Origin: an uncultured euryarchaeote
GTDB lineage: Archaea; Thermoplasmatota; Poseidoniia; Poseidoniales; Poseidoniaceae
Direction of reading: 5' to 3'
DNA length: 34,001 bases
Assembly: GCA_963968875.1 (NCBI GenBank)
Contig: CAXAHZ010000001.1
Location: forward strand, 1-34,001
The notes below the pieces were generated by a model. It worked only from the letters and a program-made list of their open reading frames with translations. It was not told the origin of the DNA and did no database searches. Position numbers and translations under genes: made by a program. Each line of letters opens with the position of its first letter. Position 1 is the first letter of the stretch. Shown in pieces: positions 32,334-34,001 of this stretch.

Positions 32334-33623
32334 ATGCCATCACAATGGGAAGACAGAAGCAAGCCACACCGTAACATCGTATTTATTGGTCACGTCGACC
32401 ACGGAAAGTCCACAACCGTTGGACGTCTCCTCCTCGACTCTGGTCACATTGAAGGTCACGTTATCGAAAAGAACGAAAAACTCGCTGCAGAAGCTGGTAA
32501 GGCCGGTTTCGGACTTGCGTACGTCATGGACGGACTCAAGGAAGAGCGAGAGCGTGGAATTACCATTGACGTCGCTCACAAGGAATTCTTTACTCCTGAC
32601 TTTTACTGGACCATCATCGATGCTCCAGGTCACCGAGATTTCGTCAAGAACATGATTACCGGTGCCTCCCAAGCAGATACCGCAGTTTTGCTCTGTGCAG
32701 CAAACGACGGTGTTAACGCTCAAACCAAGGAACACGCTTTCCTTGCTAAGGTTCTCGGAGTCAAGGGACTTATCGTTCACGTCAACAAGATGGATATTTC
32801 CGGTGTTGACTGGGCAGAAGAGAAGTACACCAAGGCCTGTGGAGAAGTTTCACAGCTCCTAAAGATGGCTGGATTCAAGCCAGATGATGTCCCAATGATC
32901 CCAGCATCGTCCCTTAACGGCGACAACGTCTATGAAAAGTCCGACAAGTGCTCATGGTACAACGGACCAACATTGTTTGAAGCCATCAACGCAACTCCAA
33001 TGCCAAACAAGCCATCCGACAAGCCTCTCCGCTTGCCGATCCAAGATGTCTACAAGATCTCCGGTATCGGAACCGTGCCTGTTGGTAAGATTGAGACCGG
33101 TGCCCTCAACGTTGGAAAGAACGTTATCTTCAACCCGTCTCAAAAGTCCGGTGAAGTGAAGTCCATCGAGATGCACCACACCATGGTTGACAAAGCTGAA
33201 CCTGGCGACAACGTCGGATTCAACGTCCGTGGACTTGCCTCAACTGACATCCGCCGTGGAGACGTCGCAGGATACGCTGACAGCGAACCAACTTTCGTTC
33301 GCCACGACGAGACCTTCGTCGGTCAAATCCAACTTATGGACATCCCAAAGGCTGTCTCAGTCGGTTACACTCCTGTGTTCCACGCTCACACCGCACAAGT
33401 TGCTGTGAAGTTCATGGAGCTTCTTGAGAAGACCAACAAGAACGGAAAAGAAGCCAACCCTTCCTTCCTCAAGACCGGTGACGCATGTCTGATCCGCTTC
33501 CAACCAACCAAGCCAATGGCTATCGAACAAATGGACAAGTTCCCAGAACTTTCCCGCTTCGCTATCCGTGACATGGGCAAGACCGTCGCCGCTGGTGTCT
33601 GTCTGAAAATTGACAAGAAGTGA
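32334..33623 (+). CDS. tuf: Translation elongation factor aEF-1alpha
   Basis: G1 GHVDHGKST, G3 DAPGHRDF, G4 NKMD. Full-length 429 aa with the typical archaeal/eukaryotic EF-1alpha sequence throughout. Confidence 0.95.
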   Translation: MPSQWEDRSKPHRNIVFIGHVDHGKSTTVGRLLLDSGHIEGHVIEKNEKLAAEAGKAGFGLAYVMDGLKEERERGITIDVAHKEFFTPDFYWTIIDAPGHRDFVKNMITGASQADTAVLLCAANDGVNAQTKEHAFLAKVLGVKGLIVHVNKMDISGVDWAEEKYTKACGEVSQLLKMAGFKPDDVPMIPASSLNGDNVYEKSDKCSWYNGPTLFEAINATPMPNKPSDKPLRLPIQDVYKISGIGTVPVGKIETGALNVGKNVIFNPSQKSGEVKSIEMHHTMVDKAEPGDNVGFNVRGLASTDIRRGDVAGYADSEPTFVRHDETFVGQIQLMDIPKAVSVGYTPVFHAHTAQVAVKFMELLEKTNKNGKEANPSFLKTGDACLIRFQPTKPMAIEQMDKFPELSRFAIRDMGKTVAAGVCLKIDKK

Positions 33624-33665
33624 GCATTGCCAAAGCAATGAATGTTGATTCAAGGAGGCAAGAGT

Positions 33666-33995
33666 ATGGCTGCAGTGACCGTAATCAAATTAACAGGTGA
33701 AAACCACAAAGATATTGATTCCGTTGCTGGCCAAATCAAAGCCATCTGCGATAACGGTGGAATTACCCTACGTGGCCCGATTCCTCTACCTACACGCCGA
33801 CTCGTTGTACCTGTTCGCAAGGCACCCGATGGCGAAGGTAGTGAAACATACGACCACTGGGAACTTCGCGTCCACAAGCGCTTGCTTGAGATGGACATCT
33901 CCACTGGAAAAGATGAGAACGCTCTTCGCTTGGTCACCAAGATTCCAATCCCCGACACAGTCAGCATTGAAATCTCAATGCGTTCTGTTAACTGA
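33666..33995 (+). CDS. rps10: 30S ribosomal protein S10 (uS10)
   Basis: ATG at 33666 preceded by AAGGAGG. IKLTG...LRGPIPLPTRRL..PVRKAPDGEGSETYDHWELRVHKRLLE is typical of archaeal S10. It follows tuf by 42 nt (conserved tuf-rps10 pairing). Confidence 0.9.
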   Translation: MAAVTVIKLTGENHKDIDSVAGQIKAICDNGGITLRGPIPLPTRRLVVPVRKAPDGEGSETYDHWELRVHKRLLEMDISTGKDENALRLVTKIPIPDTVSIEISMRSVN

Positions 33996-34001
33996 GACCC
34001 C

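Noticed and set aside
1-34001. CRISPR arrays, rRNA/tRNA genes, IS elements, prophage or integrase genes
   Set aside because: I found no regularly spaced direct repeats, no RNA-gene signatures in any spacer, and no transposase or integrase-like ORF on either strand.

Overview
This window reads as a tightly packed archaeal chromosomal segment with about 28 protein genes. I found no rRNA or tRNA genes, no CRISPR array, and no transposase or integrase.

The right half (about 23-34 kb) is mostly housekeeping. It carries a PUA-domain protein, an FAH-family hydrolase, ribosomal protein S8e, SRP19, a halocyanin-like blue copper protein, a branched-chain aminotransferase, an intact family-B DNA polymerase, a PKD-domain lipoprotein, pyruvate kinase, and the aEF-1alpha/ribosomal protein S10 pair.

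The left half carries:
- a 1730-aa membrane-anchored surface protein (RCC1-like repeats, thrombospondin type-3 repeats, Asp-box propeller) and a smaller TSP3 protein;
- a TlpA-like thioredoxin lipoprotein;
- a flavoprotein translationally coupled to a tiny membrane protein;
- several uncharacterised membrane proteins;
- an rmuC homologue placed divergently to an Lhr-type helicase.

Archaeal information-processing genes, bacterial-type genes (rimK, rmuC, tlpA-like) and giant acidic adhesin-like proteins at mid-range G+C together suggest a planktonic euryarchaeote such as Marine Group II/Poseidoniales. That assignment is inference only.

The most unusual region is 16.4-22.9 kb. It holds a RimK-type glutamate ligase fused to an RCK_C (TrkA_C) domain. 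Around it sit two membrane proteins with N-terminal SAP (DNA-binding) domains and a two-TM protein whose cytoplasmic tail ends in -HEE. Two other anchored surface proteins in the window end in -EEE. I propose, as a hypothesis only, that the ligase glutamylates these cytoplasmic tails.

All homology calls come from motif recognition by eye. No searches were run.
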